Positions 11,701 to 24,600 of a stretch of 64,000 nucleotides of DNA are shown here, one piece after another. The stretch lies in assembly GCF_009914755.1 (NCBI RefSeq), contig NC_060933.1. One strand, 5' to 3'. The position numbers and the translations under genes were made by a program. The notes beneath the pieces are model-generated. The model did not search any database and was not told where the DNA came from. It saw nothing but the letters and a program-made list of their open reading frames with translations. The stretch comes from the human T2T-CHM13v2.0 reference genome, Homo sapiens. Each line of letters begins with the position of its first letter. Position 1 is the first letter of the stretch.

Positions 11701-14700
11701 CATTTCCTTCCATTCCATTCTATTCCGTACCATTCCATTCCATTCCATTCCTTTCCATTCCATTCCATTCCATTCCACTCTTGTTGATTCAATTCCTTTC
11801 CATTCCATTCGGTTTGAAGGCATTCCATTCCATTCAATTCCATTCCATTCCATTCCATTCCATTGTACTCGGGTTGATTCCATTCCATTGCATTCCATTC
11901 CATTCCATTCCATTCCATTCCATTCCGTTGCATTCCATTCCATTACATTCGGTCTGATTCTATTCAACTCTCTTACTCTCCATTCCATTCCATTCCATTC
12001 GGGTTGTTCCATTCCATTCCATTCCATTCCACTCCATTCCATTGCACTCGGGTTGATTCCATTCCATTCCATTCCATACCATTCCATTCCATTCCATTCC
12101 GTTCCATTCCGTTCCATTCCGTTCCATTCCGTTCCATTCCATTCCGTTCCATTCCGTTCCATTCCATTCGGATTGATTCCATTCAATTCCCTTACACTCC
12201 ATTACATTCCATTCCATTCGTGTAGTTTCCATTCCATTCCTCTCCATTCCATTGCACTCGGGTTGATTCCATTCCATTCCATTCCATTCCGGAAGATTCC
12301 ATTCCATTGCATTCCTTTACATTCCATTCCCCTGCACTCGCGTTGATTCCATTCCATTCCATTCCATTCCATTGCGTTCCATTGCATTCCATTGCATTGC
12401 ATTCCCCTGCACTCAGGTTGATTCCATTCCATTCCATTCCATTCCATTCCATTCCATTCTATTCCATTCTATTCGCGTTAATTCCATTCCACTCCATTCC
12501 ATTACATTCCATTGCAATGGACTTGATTCCATTCCATTCCATTCCATTCCATTCAAGTCCTTTCCATTCCATTCCACTCGTGTTGATTCCATTTTATTAG
12601 TCTGCATTCCATTCCATTCCCTTCCATTCCACTCTGGTTGATTCCATTCCTTTCCATTCCACTCGAATTCATTCCCTTCTATTCCACTCGGAATGATTCC
12701 ATTCCATTCCGTTCCATTCCATTCCATTCCATTCCATTTCGTTCCATTCCAATTTATTCCGTACCATTCCATTCCATTCCATTCCATTCCATTCCATTCC
12801 ATTCCACTCCATGCCATTCCACTCGGGTTGATTCCATTGCTTTCCATTCCATTTGGGTTGAATCCATTCCATTCCATTCCATTCCATTCCATTCCATTCC
12901 ATTCCGTTCCATTCAATTGCACTAGGTTTGATTCCATTCCACTGCATTCCATTCCATTCCATTCCATTCCATTCCATTCCATTCCGTTCCATTCCCCTGC
13001 ACTCGGGTTCATTCCATTCCATTCAATTTACTTCCTTTCCATTCCATTCCATTCTATTACATTCTATTCGGATTAATTCCATTCCATTCCATTCCATTCC
13101 ATTCCATTCCATTCCATTCCATTGCAATCGAGTTGACTCCATTCCATTCCATTCCATTCCGGATGATTCCATTCCATTGCCTTCAATTCCATTCCATTCC
13201 CCTGCACTCGGGTTGATTCCATTCCATTCCATTCCATTCCATTCCATTCCATTCCATTTCATTCCGTTCCATTTCGTTCCATTCCATTCTATTCCGTACC
13301 ATTCCATTCCATTCCATTCCATTCTATTCCATTCCATTCCATTCCATTCTATTCGGGTTAATTGCATTCCATTCCATTCCATTCCATTCCATTGCATTCC
13401 ATTCCATTCTATTCCATTCCATTCCATTCCATTCCATTCCATTGCAATCGAGTTGATTCCATTCCATTCCATTCAATTCTGGATGATTCCATTCCATTGC
13501 CTTCAATTCCATTCCATTCCCCTGCACTCGGGTTGATTCCATTCCATTCCATTCCATTTCATTCCATTCCATTTCGTTCCATTCCATTCTATTCCGTACC
13601 ATTCCATTCCATTCCATTCCATTCCATACCATTCCATTCCGTTCCATTCCATTCCATTCCATTTCATTCCATTCCATTTCGTTCCATTCCATTTTATTCT
13701 GTACCATTCCATTCCATTCCATTCTATTCCATTCCATTCCATTGCATTCCATTCCACTCCATTCCATGCCATTCCACTCGGGTTGATTCCTTTCCCTTCC
13801 ATTCCATTCGAGTTGAATCCATTCCATTCCATTCCATTCCATTCCATTCCATTCCATTGCACACGGGTTCATTCCATTCCATTCCATTCCATTCCATTCC
13901 ATTCTATTCCATTCCATTTCGTTCCATTCCATTCTATTCTGTACCATTCCATTCCATTCAATTCCACTCCATTCCATGCCATTCCACTCGGGTTTATTCC
14001 ATTTCTTTTCATTCCATTCGGGTTGAATCCATTCAATTCCATTCCATTCCATTCCTTTCGATTCCATTACATTGCATCTCGGGATGATTCCATTCCATTC
14101 CATTCCATCCTATTCCATTCCATTCCATGACACTCCACTCGGGTTGATTCCATTCCTTTCCATTCCATTCGAGTTGAACCCATTCCATTCCATTCCACTC
14201 CATTCCATTCCATTCCATTCCACTCCATTCCATTCCATTCCATTCCATTCCATTCCATTCCATTGCACACGATTTCATTCCACTCCATTCCATTCCATTC
14301 CATTCCATTCCATTCCATTTCGCTCCATTCCATTCTATTCCGTACCATTCCATTCCATTCCATTCCATTCCATTCCATTCCATTCCATGCCATTCTACTC
14401 GGGTTGATTCCATTCCTTTCCATTCCATTCGAGTTGAACCCATTCCATTCCATTCCATTCCATTCCATTCCATTCCATTCCATTGCACACGGGTTCATTT
14501 CATTCCATTCCATTCCATTCCATTCCATTCCATTTCGTTCCATTCCATTCTATTCCATACCATTCGATTCCATTCCATTCCATTAGACTCCATTCCATGC
14601 CATTCCACTCGGGTTTATTCCATTCCTTTCCATTCCATTCGGGTTGAATCCATTCCATTCCATTCCATTTCATTCCATTCGATTCCATTACGTTGCACTC

Positions 14701-17654
14701 GTGTTGTTTCCATTCCATTCCATTCCATTCCATTCCATTCCATTCCATGCCATTCCACTCGGGTTGATTCCATTCCATTCCATTCCATTCGAGTCGAACC
14801 CATTCCATTCCATTCCATTCCATTCCATTCCATTGCACACGGTTTCATTCCATTCCATTCTATTCCATTTCGTTCCATTCCATTCTATTCCGTACCATTC
14901 CATTCCATTCCATTCCATTCCACTCCATTTCATTCCATTCCATGCCATTCCACTCGGGTTTATTCCATTCCTTTCCATTCCATTCGGGTTGAATCCATTC
15001 CTTTCCATTCCATTCCGTTCAATTCCATTCCATTGCACTCGGGTTGATTCCATTCCAATCCATGCCATTCCATTTCATTCCGTTCCATTCCATTCCATTA
15101 CATTCGGATTGATTCTTTTCAATTCCCTTACACTCCATTACATTCCATTCCATTCGGGTAGTTTCCATTCCATTCGATTCCATTACACTCCATTGCATTG
15201 CACTCGGGTTGATTGATTCCATTCCATTGCATTCCATTCCATTCAATTCCATTCCGGATGATTCCATTCCATTGCATTCCATTCCATTCCATTCCCCTGC
15301 ACTCGGGTTGATTCCATTCCATTCCATTCCATTCCATTCCGTTCCATTCCATTCCATTCCATTCAATTCCATTCCATTCCATTCCATTCCATTCTGTTCA
15401 GGTTAATTCCATTCCATTCCATTCCCTTCCATTCCATTCCATTCCATTCCATTCCATTCCATTTACTTCCATTCCATTCCATTCCATTCCATTCCATGCC
15501 ATTCCACTCGCGTTGATTCCATTCCGTTCCATTCCATTAGAGTTGAATCCATTCCATTGCATTCCATTCCATTCCATTCCATTCCATTGCACACGGGTTC
15601 ATTCCATTCCATTCCATTCCATTCCCTTCCATTCCATTTCGTTACATTCCATTCTATTCCGTACCATTCCATTCCATTCCATTCCACTCCATTCCATGCC
15701 ATTCCACTCGGGTATATTCCATTCCTTTTAATTCCATTCGGGTTGAATCCATTCCATTCCATTCCATTCCATTCCTTTCCATTCCATTGAAATCGAGTTG
15801 ATTCCATTCCATTCCGTTCCATTCCATTCCATTCCATTCCATTCCGGATGATTCCATTCCACTGCATTCCATTCCATTAAATTCCCCTGCACTTGGGGTG
15901 ATTCCTTTCCATTCTATTCCATTCCATTCCATTCCATTCCATTCCATTCCATTCCATTCCATTCCATTTCATTGCAATCGAGTTGATTCCATTGCATTCC
16001 ATTCCATTCCATTTCATTGCAATCGAGTTGATTCCATTGCATTCCATTCCATTCCATTCCATTCCATTCCATTCCATTCCATTCCATTCCATTCTATTCT
16101 CGTTAATTCCATTCCACTCCATTCCATTACATTCCATTGCAATCGACTTGATTCCATTCCATTCCATTCCATTCCATTCAAGTCCTTTCCATTCCATTCC
16201 ACTCGTGTTGATTCCATTTTATTAGTTTCCATTCCATTCCATTCCCTTCCATTCCACTCTGGTTGATTCCATTCCTTTCCATTCCACTCGAATTCATTCC
16301 CTTCTATTCCACTCGGAATGATTCCATTCCATTCCGTTCCATTCCATTCCATTCCATTCCATTTCGTTCCATTCCATTTTATTCCGTACCATTCCATTCC
16401 ATTCCATTCCATTCCATTACATTACATTCCATTCCATTCCATGCCATTCCACTCGGGTTGATTCCATTGCTTTCCATCCCATGTGGGTTGAATCGATTCC
16501 ATTCCATTCCATTCCATTCCATTCCATTCCATTCCATTCCTTTCCATTCCATTCCATTCCATTCCATTCAATTGCACTAGGTTTGATTCCATTCCACTGC
16601 ATTCCATTCCATTCCATTCCATTCCATTCCATTCCATTCCATTCCATTCCATTCCCCTGCACTCTGGTTCATTCCATTCCATTCCATTTACTTCCATTCC
16701 ATTCCATTCCATTCCATTCCATGCCATTCCACTCGCGTTGATTCCATTCCCTTCCATTCCATTAGAGTTGAATCCATTCCATTCCATTCCATTCCATTCC
16801 ATTCCATTCCATTCCATTCCATTCCATTCCATTCCATTGCACACGGGTTCATTCCATTCCATTCCATTCCATTCCCTTACATTCCATTTCGTTACATTCC
16901 ATTCTATTCCGTACCATTCCATTCCATTCCATTCCATTCCATTCCACTCCATTCCATGCCATTCCACTCGGGTATATTCCATTCCTTTTAATTCCATTCG
17001 GGTTGAATCCATTCCATTCCATTCCATTCCATTCTATTCCATTGCATTGCACTCGGGTTGATTCCATTCCATTCCATTCCATTACATTTCATTCCATTCC
17101 ATTCCATTCCATTTCATTCAATTCCATTCCATTCCATGCCATTCCACTCATGTTGATTCCATTCCTTTCCATTCCATTACATTTCATTCCATTCCATTCC
17201 ATTCCATTTCATTCAATTCCATTCCATTCCATGCCATTCCACTCGTGTTGATTCCATTCCTTTCCATTCAATTCGAGTTGAACCCATTCCATTCCATTCC
17301 ATTCCATTCCATTCCATTCCATTCCATTGCACGCGGGTTCATTCCATTCCATTCCGTTCCATTCCATTCCATTCCATTCCATTCCATTCCATTACATTCC
17401 ATTTCGTTCCATTCCATTCTATTCCGTACGATTCCATTGCATTCCATTCCATTCCATTCCTTTCCATTCCATTGAAATCGAGTTGATTCCATTCCATTCC
17501 GTTCCATTCCATTCCATTCCATTCCATTCCGGATGATTCCATTCCACTGCATTCCATTCCATTAAATTCCCCTGCACTTGGGGTGATTCCTTTCCATTCT
17601 ATTCCATTCCATTCCATTCCATTCCATTCCATTCCATTCCATTCCATTCCATTC

Positions 17655-19670
17655 CATTTCATTGCAATCGAGTTGATTCCATTGCATTCCATTCCATTCC
17701 ATTCCAGTCCTTTCCATTCCATTCCACTCGGGTTGATTCCATTCTATTCCTTTCCATTCCATTCGATTCCATTCCATTCCACTCTGGTTGATACCATTCT
17801 TTTTCATTCCACTCGAAAACATTCCCTTCTATTCCACTCGGAATGATTCCATTCCATTCCATTCCATTCCATTCCATTCCATTCCATTCCATTCCGTTTC
17901 GTTCCATTACATTCTATTCTGTAACATTCCACTCCATTCCATTCCATTCCATTCCATGCCATTCCTCTCGGGTTGATTCCATTCCTTTCCATTCTATTCG
18001 GGTTGAATCCATTCCATTCCATTCCTTTCCATTCCATTCCATTCCATTGCACTCGGGTTGATTCCATTCCATTCCATTCCGTTCCATTCCGGATGACTCC
18101 ATTCCATTGCATTCCATTCCATTCCATTCCCCTGCACTCGGTTTCATTACATTCCATTCCATTCACTTCCATTCCATTCCATTCCATTCCATTCCATTCC
18201 ATTCCATTTCAATCGAGTTGATTCCATTCCATTCCATTCCATTCCATTCCGAATGATTTCATTCCATTGCCTTCCATTCCATTCCATTCCCCTGCACTCG
18301 GGTTGTTTTCATTCCATTCCATTCCATTCCATTCCATTCCATTCCATTCCATTCCATTTCGTTCCATTCCATTCTATTCCGTACCATTCCATTCCATTCC
18401 ATTCCATTCCATTCCATTCCATTCCATTCCATTCCATTTCCTTCCATTCCATTCCATTCCATTCCGTTCCATTCCATTTCCTTCCATTCCATTCCATTCC
18501 ATTCCATTCCATTCCATTCCATTCCATTCTATTAGGGTTAATTCCATTCCATTCCATTCCATTCCATTCCATTCCATGCCATTCCACTCGGGTTGATTCC
18601 ATTCCTTTCCATTCCATTCGAGTTGAATCCATTCCATTCCATTCTATTCCATTCCATTCCTTTCCATTCCATTCAATTCCATTCTATTCCGGTTAATTCC
18701 ATTCCATTCCATTCCATTCCATTCCATTCCATTCCATTCCATTTCATTGCAATCGAGTTGATTCCATTGCATTCCATTCCATTCCATTCCAGTCCTTTCC
18801 ATTCCATTCCACTCGGGTTGATTCTATTCTATTCCTTTCCATTCCATTCGATTGCATTCCATTCCACTCGATTCCATTCCATTCCACTCTGGTTGATTCC
18901 ATTCCTTTTCATTCCACTCGAAAACATTCCCTTCTATTCCACTCGGAATGATTCCATTCCATTCCATTCCATTCCATTCCATTTCGTTCCATTACATTCT
19001 ATTCTGTACCATTCCACTCCATTCCATTCCATTCCATGCCATTCCTCTCGGGTTGATTCCATTCCTTTCCATTCCATTCGGGTTGAGTCCATTCCATTCC
19101 ATTCCTTTCCATTCCATTCCATTCCATTGCACTCGGGTTGATTCCATTCCATTCCATTCCGTTCCATTCCAGATGACTCCATTCCATTGCATTCCATTCC
19201 ATTCCATTCCCCTGCACTCGGTTTCATTACATTCCATTCCATTCACTTCCATTCCATTCCATTCCATTCCATTCCATTCCATTCCATTCCATTTCAATCG
19301 AGTTGATTCCATTCCATTCCATTCCATTCCATTCAATTTCGAATGATGTCATTCCATTGCCTTCCATTCCATTCCATTCCCCTGCACTCGGGTTGATTCC
19401 ATTCCATTCCATTCCATTCCATTCCATTCCATTCCATTCCATTTCGTTCCATTCCATTCTATTCCGTACCATTCCATTCCATTCCATTCCATTCCATTCC
19501 ATTCCATTCCATTCCATTTCCTTCCATTCCATTCCATTCCATTCCATTCCATTCCATTCTATTAGGGTTAATTCCATTCCATTCCATTCCATTCCATTCC
19601 ATTCCATGCCATTCCACTCGGGTTGATTCCATTCCTTTCCATTCCATTCGAGTTGAATCCATTCCATTCC
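17655..19670 (+). repeat. ~1.05-1.1-kb internal tandem duplication (also present in copy B, about 33500-35500)
   Basis: actcgaaaacattccc occurs at 17811 and 18916, attcctctcg at 17961 and 19041, and attagggtta at 18531 and 19561. Confidence 0.85.
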
Positions 19671-20504
19671 ATTCCATTCCATTCCATTCCATTGCACACG
19701 GGTTCATTTCATTCCATTCCATTCCATTCCATTTCGTTCCATTCCATTCTATTCCATACCATTCCATTCCATTCCATTCCATTAGACTCCATTCCATTCC
19801 ATTCCACTCGGTTTTATTCCATTCCTTTCCATTCCATTCGGGTTGAAACCATTCCATTCCATTCCATTCCTTTCGATTCCATTCCATTTCACTCGGGTTG
19901 ATCCCATTCCATTGCATTCCATTCCATTCCATTGCATTCCATTCCGTTCCATTCCATTCCATTACATTCGTATTGATTCTATTCAATTCCCTTACTCTCC
20001 ATTACATTCCATTCCATTCGGGTTGTTTCCATTCCATTCCATTCCATTCCACTCCATTGCCTTGCAATCGGGTTGATTCCATTCCATTCCATTGCATTCC
20101 ATTCCATTCCATTCCATTCCGTATGATTCCATCCCATTGCATTCCATTCCATTCCATTCCCCTGCTCTCGGGTGGATTCCACTCTATTCCATTCCATTCC
20201 ATTCCATTCCACTCCATTCCATTCCATTCTATTCGGGTTAATTTCATTCCATTCCATTCCATTCCCTTCCATTCCATTCTATTCCATTCCATTCCATTCC
20301 ATTCCATTCTAGTAGGGTGAATTCCATTCCATTCCATTCCATTCCATTCCATTCCATTCCATTGCAATCGAGTTGATTCCATTCCATTCCATTCCATTCC
20401 ATTCCATTCCATTCAATTCCATTGAACTCGGGTTGATTCCATTCCATTCCATGCCATTCCATTTCATTCCATTCAATTCCATTCCATTCCATTCCATTCC
20501 ATTC

Positions 20505-20750
20505 CATTCCTTTCCGTTCTATTCAATTACATTCGAATTGATTCTATTCAATTCCCTTACACTCCAATACATTCTATTCCATTCGTGTTGTTTCCATTCT
20601 ATTCCATTCCATTCCATTCCATTCCATTCCATTCCTTTCCGTTCTATTCAATTACATTCGGATTGATTCTATTCAATTCCCTTACACTCCAATATATTCT
20701 ATTCCATTCGTGTAGTTTCCATTCTATTCCATTCCATTCCAGTCCATTCC
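20505..20750 (+). repeat. 125-bp AT-rich tandem dimer (also about 41540-41780)
   Basis: tttccgttctattcaattacattcg...cccttacactccaata...ttctattccattcgtgt starts at 20511 and at 20636. Confidence 0.85.
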
Positions 20751-21638
20751 ATTGCACTCTGGTTGATTCCATTCCATTCCCTTCCATTCCGTATGACTCC
20801 ATTCCATTTCATTCCATTGCATTGCTTTCCCCGGCACTCGAGTTGATTACATTCCATTCCATTCCCTTCCTTTCCGTTCCATTCCATTCTATTCGGGTTA
20901 ATTCCATTCCATTCCATTACATTCCATTCCCTTCCATTCCATTCCATTCCATTCCTTTCCATTCCATTCTATTCGGGTTAATTCCATTCCATTCCATTCC
21001 ATTCCATTCCATTCCATTCCATTCCATTGCAATCGAGTTGATTCCATTCCATTCCATTCCATTCCATTCCATTCCATTCCGTTCCATTCCATTCCATTAC
21101 ATTCGGATTGATTCTTTTTAATTCCCTTACACTCCATTCCATTCCATTCCATTCGGGTACTTTCCATTCCATTCCATTCCATTCCACTGCATTCTATTGC
21201 ACTCGGGTTCATTGATTCCATTCCATTGCATTCCATTCCATTCCATTCCCCTGCACTCGGGTTGATCCCATTGCATTGCATTCCATTCCATTCCATTCCA
21301 TTCCATTCCGTTCCATTCCATTCCATTCCATTCTGTTCAGGTTAATTCCATTCCATTCAAGTCCCTTCCATTCCGTTCCATTCCATTCCATTCCATTCTG
21401 TTCATGTTAATTCCATTCCATTCCATTCCCTTCCATTCCATTCCATTCCATTCCATCCCATTGCAATCTAGTTGATTCCATTGCATTCCATTCCATTCCA
21501 TTCCATTCCATTGCAATCCATTCCATTCCATTCACCTGCACTCAGATTGATTCCATTCCATCCCATTCCATTCCATTCCGTTCCATTACATTCCATTCCA
21601 TTCTATTCGCGTTAATTCCATTCCATTCCATTCCATTA

Positions 21639-24600
21639 CATTCCGTTCCATTACATTCCCCTGCACTCGCGTTGATTCCATTCCATTCCATTCCATTCCA
21701 TTGAATTCCATTCCATTACAATTCGTTCCATTCCATTCTATTCCGTACCATTCCATTCCATTCCATACCATTCCATTGCATTCCATTCCATTCCATTCCA
21801 TTTCATTCCACTCCATTCCAGTCCTTTCCATTCCATTCCAATCAGGTTGATTCCATTCTATTCCTTTCCATTCCATTCCTTTCCATTGCAATCGAGTTGA
21901 TTCCATTGCTTTGCATTCCATTCCATTCCATTCCATTCCGGATGATTCCATTCCATTGCATTCCATTCCATTCCATTCCCGTGCACTCGTGTTGAATCCA
22001 TTCCATTCCACTCCATTCCGTTCCATTCCATTCCATTCCATTCCATTCCATTCCATTCCATTGTTTTCGGGTTAATTCCATTCTATTCCGTTCCATTCCA
22101 TTCCATTCCATTCCATTACAATCGAGTTGATTCCATTCCATTCCATTCCATTCCATTTCAGTCCTTTCCATTCCATTCCACTCGGGTTGATTCCAATCTA
22201 ATCTATTAGTTTCCATTCCATTCCATTCCCTTCCATTCCGCTCTGGTTGATTCCATTCCTTTCCATTCCACTCGAATACATTCTCTCCTATTCCACTCGG
22301 AACGATTCCATTCCATTCCATTCCATTCCATTCCATTCCATTCCATTCTATTCGGGTTAATTCCATTCCATTCCATTCGATTGCAATCGAGTTGATTCCA
22401 TTCCATTCCATTCCATTCCATTCCGGATGATTCCATTCTATTGCATTCCATTCCATTCCATTCCCCTGCAGTCGGGTTGATTCCATTCCATTCCATTCCA
22501 TTCCATTCCGTTCCATTCCATTCCATTCCATTCTATTCGGGTTAATTCCATTCCATTCCTTTCCATTCCATTCCATTCCATTCCAATCGAGTTGATTCCA
22601 TTCCATTGCATTCCATTCCATTCCACTCCATTCCAGTCCTTTCCATTCCATTACACTCGAGTTGATTCCGTTCTATTCCTTTCCATTCCATTCCATTCCA
22701 TTGCAATCGAGTTGATTCCATTGCTCTGCATTCCATTCCATTCCATTCCATTCCGGATGATTCCATTCCATTGCATTCCATTCCATTCCATTCCCCTGCA
22801 CTCGGGTTGATTCCATTCCATTCCACTCCATTCCGTTCCATTCTAGTCCATTCCATTGTATTCGGGTTAATTCCATTCCATTCCATTCCATTCCATTCCA
22901 TTACAATGTAGTTGATTCCATTCAATTCCATTCCATTCCATTCCATTCCAGTCCTTTCCATTCCATTCCACTCGGGTTGATTCCATTCTATTAGTTTCCA
23001 TTCCATTCCATTCCCTTCCATTCCAATCTGGTTGATTCCATTCCTTTCCATTCCACCCGAATACATTCCCTCCTATTCCACTCAGAACGATTCCATTCCA
23101 TTCCATTCCATTCCATTCCATTCCAGTTCGTTCCATTCCATTCTATTCCGTACCATTCTATTCCATTCCATTCCTTTCCATTCCATTCCATTCCACTCGT
23201 GGTGATTCCATTCCTTTCCATTCCATTCGGTTTGAAGGCATTCCATTCCATTCCATTCCATTCCATTCCATTCCATTCCATTCCATTCCATTCCATTGTA
23301 CTCGAGTTGATTCCATTCCATTGCATTCAATTCCATTCCATTCCATTCCATTGTACTCGAGTTGATTCCATTCCATTGCATTCCATTCCATTCCATTCCA
23401 TTCCATTCCGTTGCATTCCATTCCATTACATTCGGATTGATTCTATTCAACTCCCTGACTCTCCATTACATTCCATTCCATTCGGGTTGTTCCATTCCAT
23501 TCCATTCCATTCCACTCCATTCCATTGCACTCGGGTTGATTCCATTCCATTCCATTCCATTCCATTCCATTCCGGGTGATTCCATTCCATTGCATTCCGT
23601 TCCATTACATTCTCCTGCACTCGCGTTGATTCCATTCCATTCCATTCCATTCCATTCCATTCCATTCCATTCCGTTGCATTCCATTCCATTACATTCGGA
23701 TTGATTCTATTCAACTCCCTTACTCTCCATTACATTCCATTCCATTCGGGTTGTTCCATTCCATTCCATTCCATTCCATTCCACTCCATTCCATTGCACT
23801 CGGGTTGATTCCATTCCATTCCATTCCATTCCATTCCATTCCATTCCATTCCGGATGATTCCATTCCATTGCATTCCGTTCCATTACATTCCCCTGCACT
23901 CGCGTTGATTCCATTCCATTCCATTCCATTCCATTCCATTCCATTCCGTTCCGTTCAATTCCATTCCATTCCATTCCATTCCATTCCATTCCGTTCCATT
24001 CCATTCCATTCCATTCCATTCTATTCGGGTTAATTCCATTCCATTCCATTCGATTGCAATCGAGTTGATTCCATTTCATTCCATTCCATTCCATTCCATT
24101 CCTTTCCATTCCATTACGGATGATTCCATTCCATTGCATTCCATTCCATTCCATTCCCCTGTACTCGGGTTGATTCCATTCCATTCCATTCCAATCCATG
24201 CCATTCCACTTGTGTTGATTCCATTCTTTCCATTGCATTCAAGTTGAATCCATTCCATTGCATTCCATTCCATTCGATTCCATTCGATTGCACTCGGGTT
24301 GATTCCATTACATTGCATTCCATTCCATTCCATTCCATTCCGTTCCATTCCATTCCATTACATTCGGATTGATTCTATTCAATTCCCTTACACTCCATTA
24401 CATTCCATTCCATTCGGGCAGTTTCCATTCCATTCCATTCCATTCCTCTCCATTCCATTGCACTCGGGTTGATTCCATTCCATTGCATTCCATTCCATTC
24501 CATTCAATTCCATTCCGTTCCATTCCATTCCATTACATTCGGAATGATTCTATTCAACTCCCTTACTCTCCGTTACATTCCATTCCATTCGGGTTGTTCC

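Larger units (their letters stand above)
1..12300 (+). repeat. HSat3 dialect L domain (also about 21645-28150 and, inverted, about 54550-64000)
   Basis: Diagnostic words are ggtttgaaggca, cgaatacattccctcctattccactcggaacga, ttgctttgca, ttccggaagattc and tcgattgcaatcga. Boundaries are approximate. Confidence 0.75.
5444..21644 (+). repeat. Recent large tandem duplication, copy A (about 16.2 kb)
   Basis: Rare variants recur at offsets of 16195, then about 15850, then about 21030. For example, the 444-aa pseudo-ORFs at 10852 and 26697 are identical, as are the 269-aa ones at 5647 and 21842 and those at 19898 and 40926. Confidence 0.93.
12300..21644 (+). repeat. HSat3 dialect C domain (also about 28150-52144 and, inverted, 52145 to about 54550)
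   Basis: Diagnostic words are catgccattccactcggg, cattgcacacgggttcattcc, gcactaggtttg, gggtttattcc and gagttgaacc. Boundaries are approximate. Confidence 0.75.

Noticed and set aside
12480-16670. A 3625-bp offset (actcgaattc at 12661 and 16286) resembling the ~3.6-kb Y-chromosome DYZ1 period
   Set aside because: The match covers only about 550 bp and does not repeat as a regular period, so it is a local paralogy rather than a DYZ1 unit.
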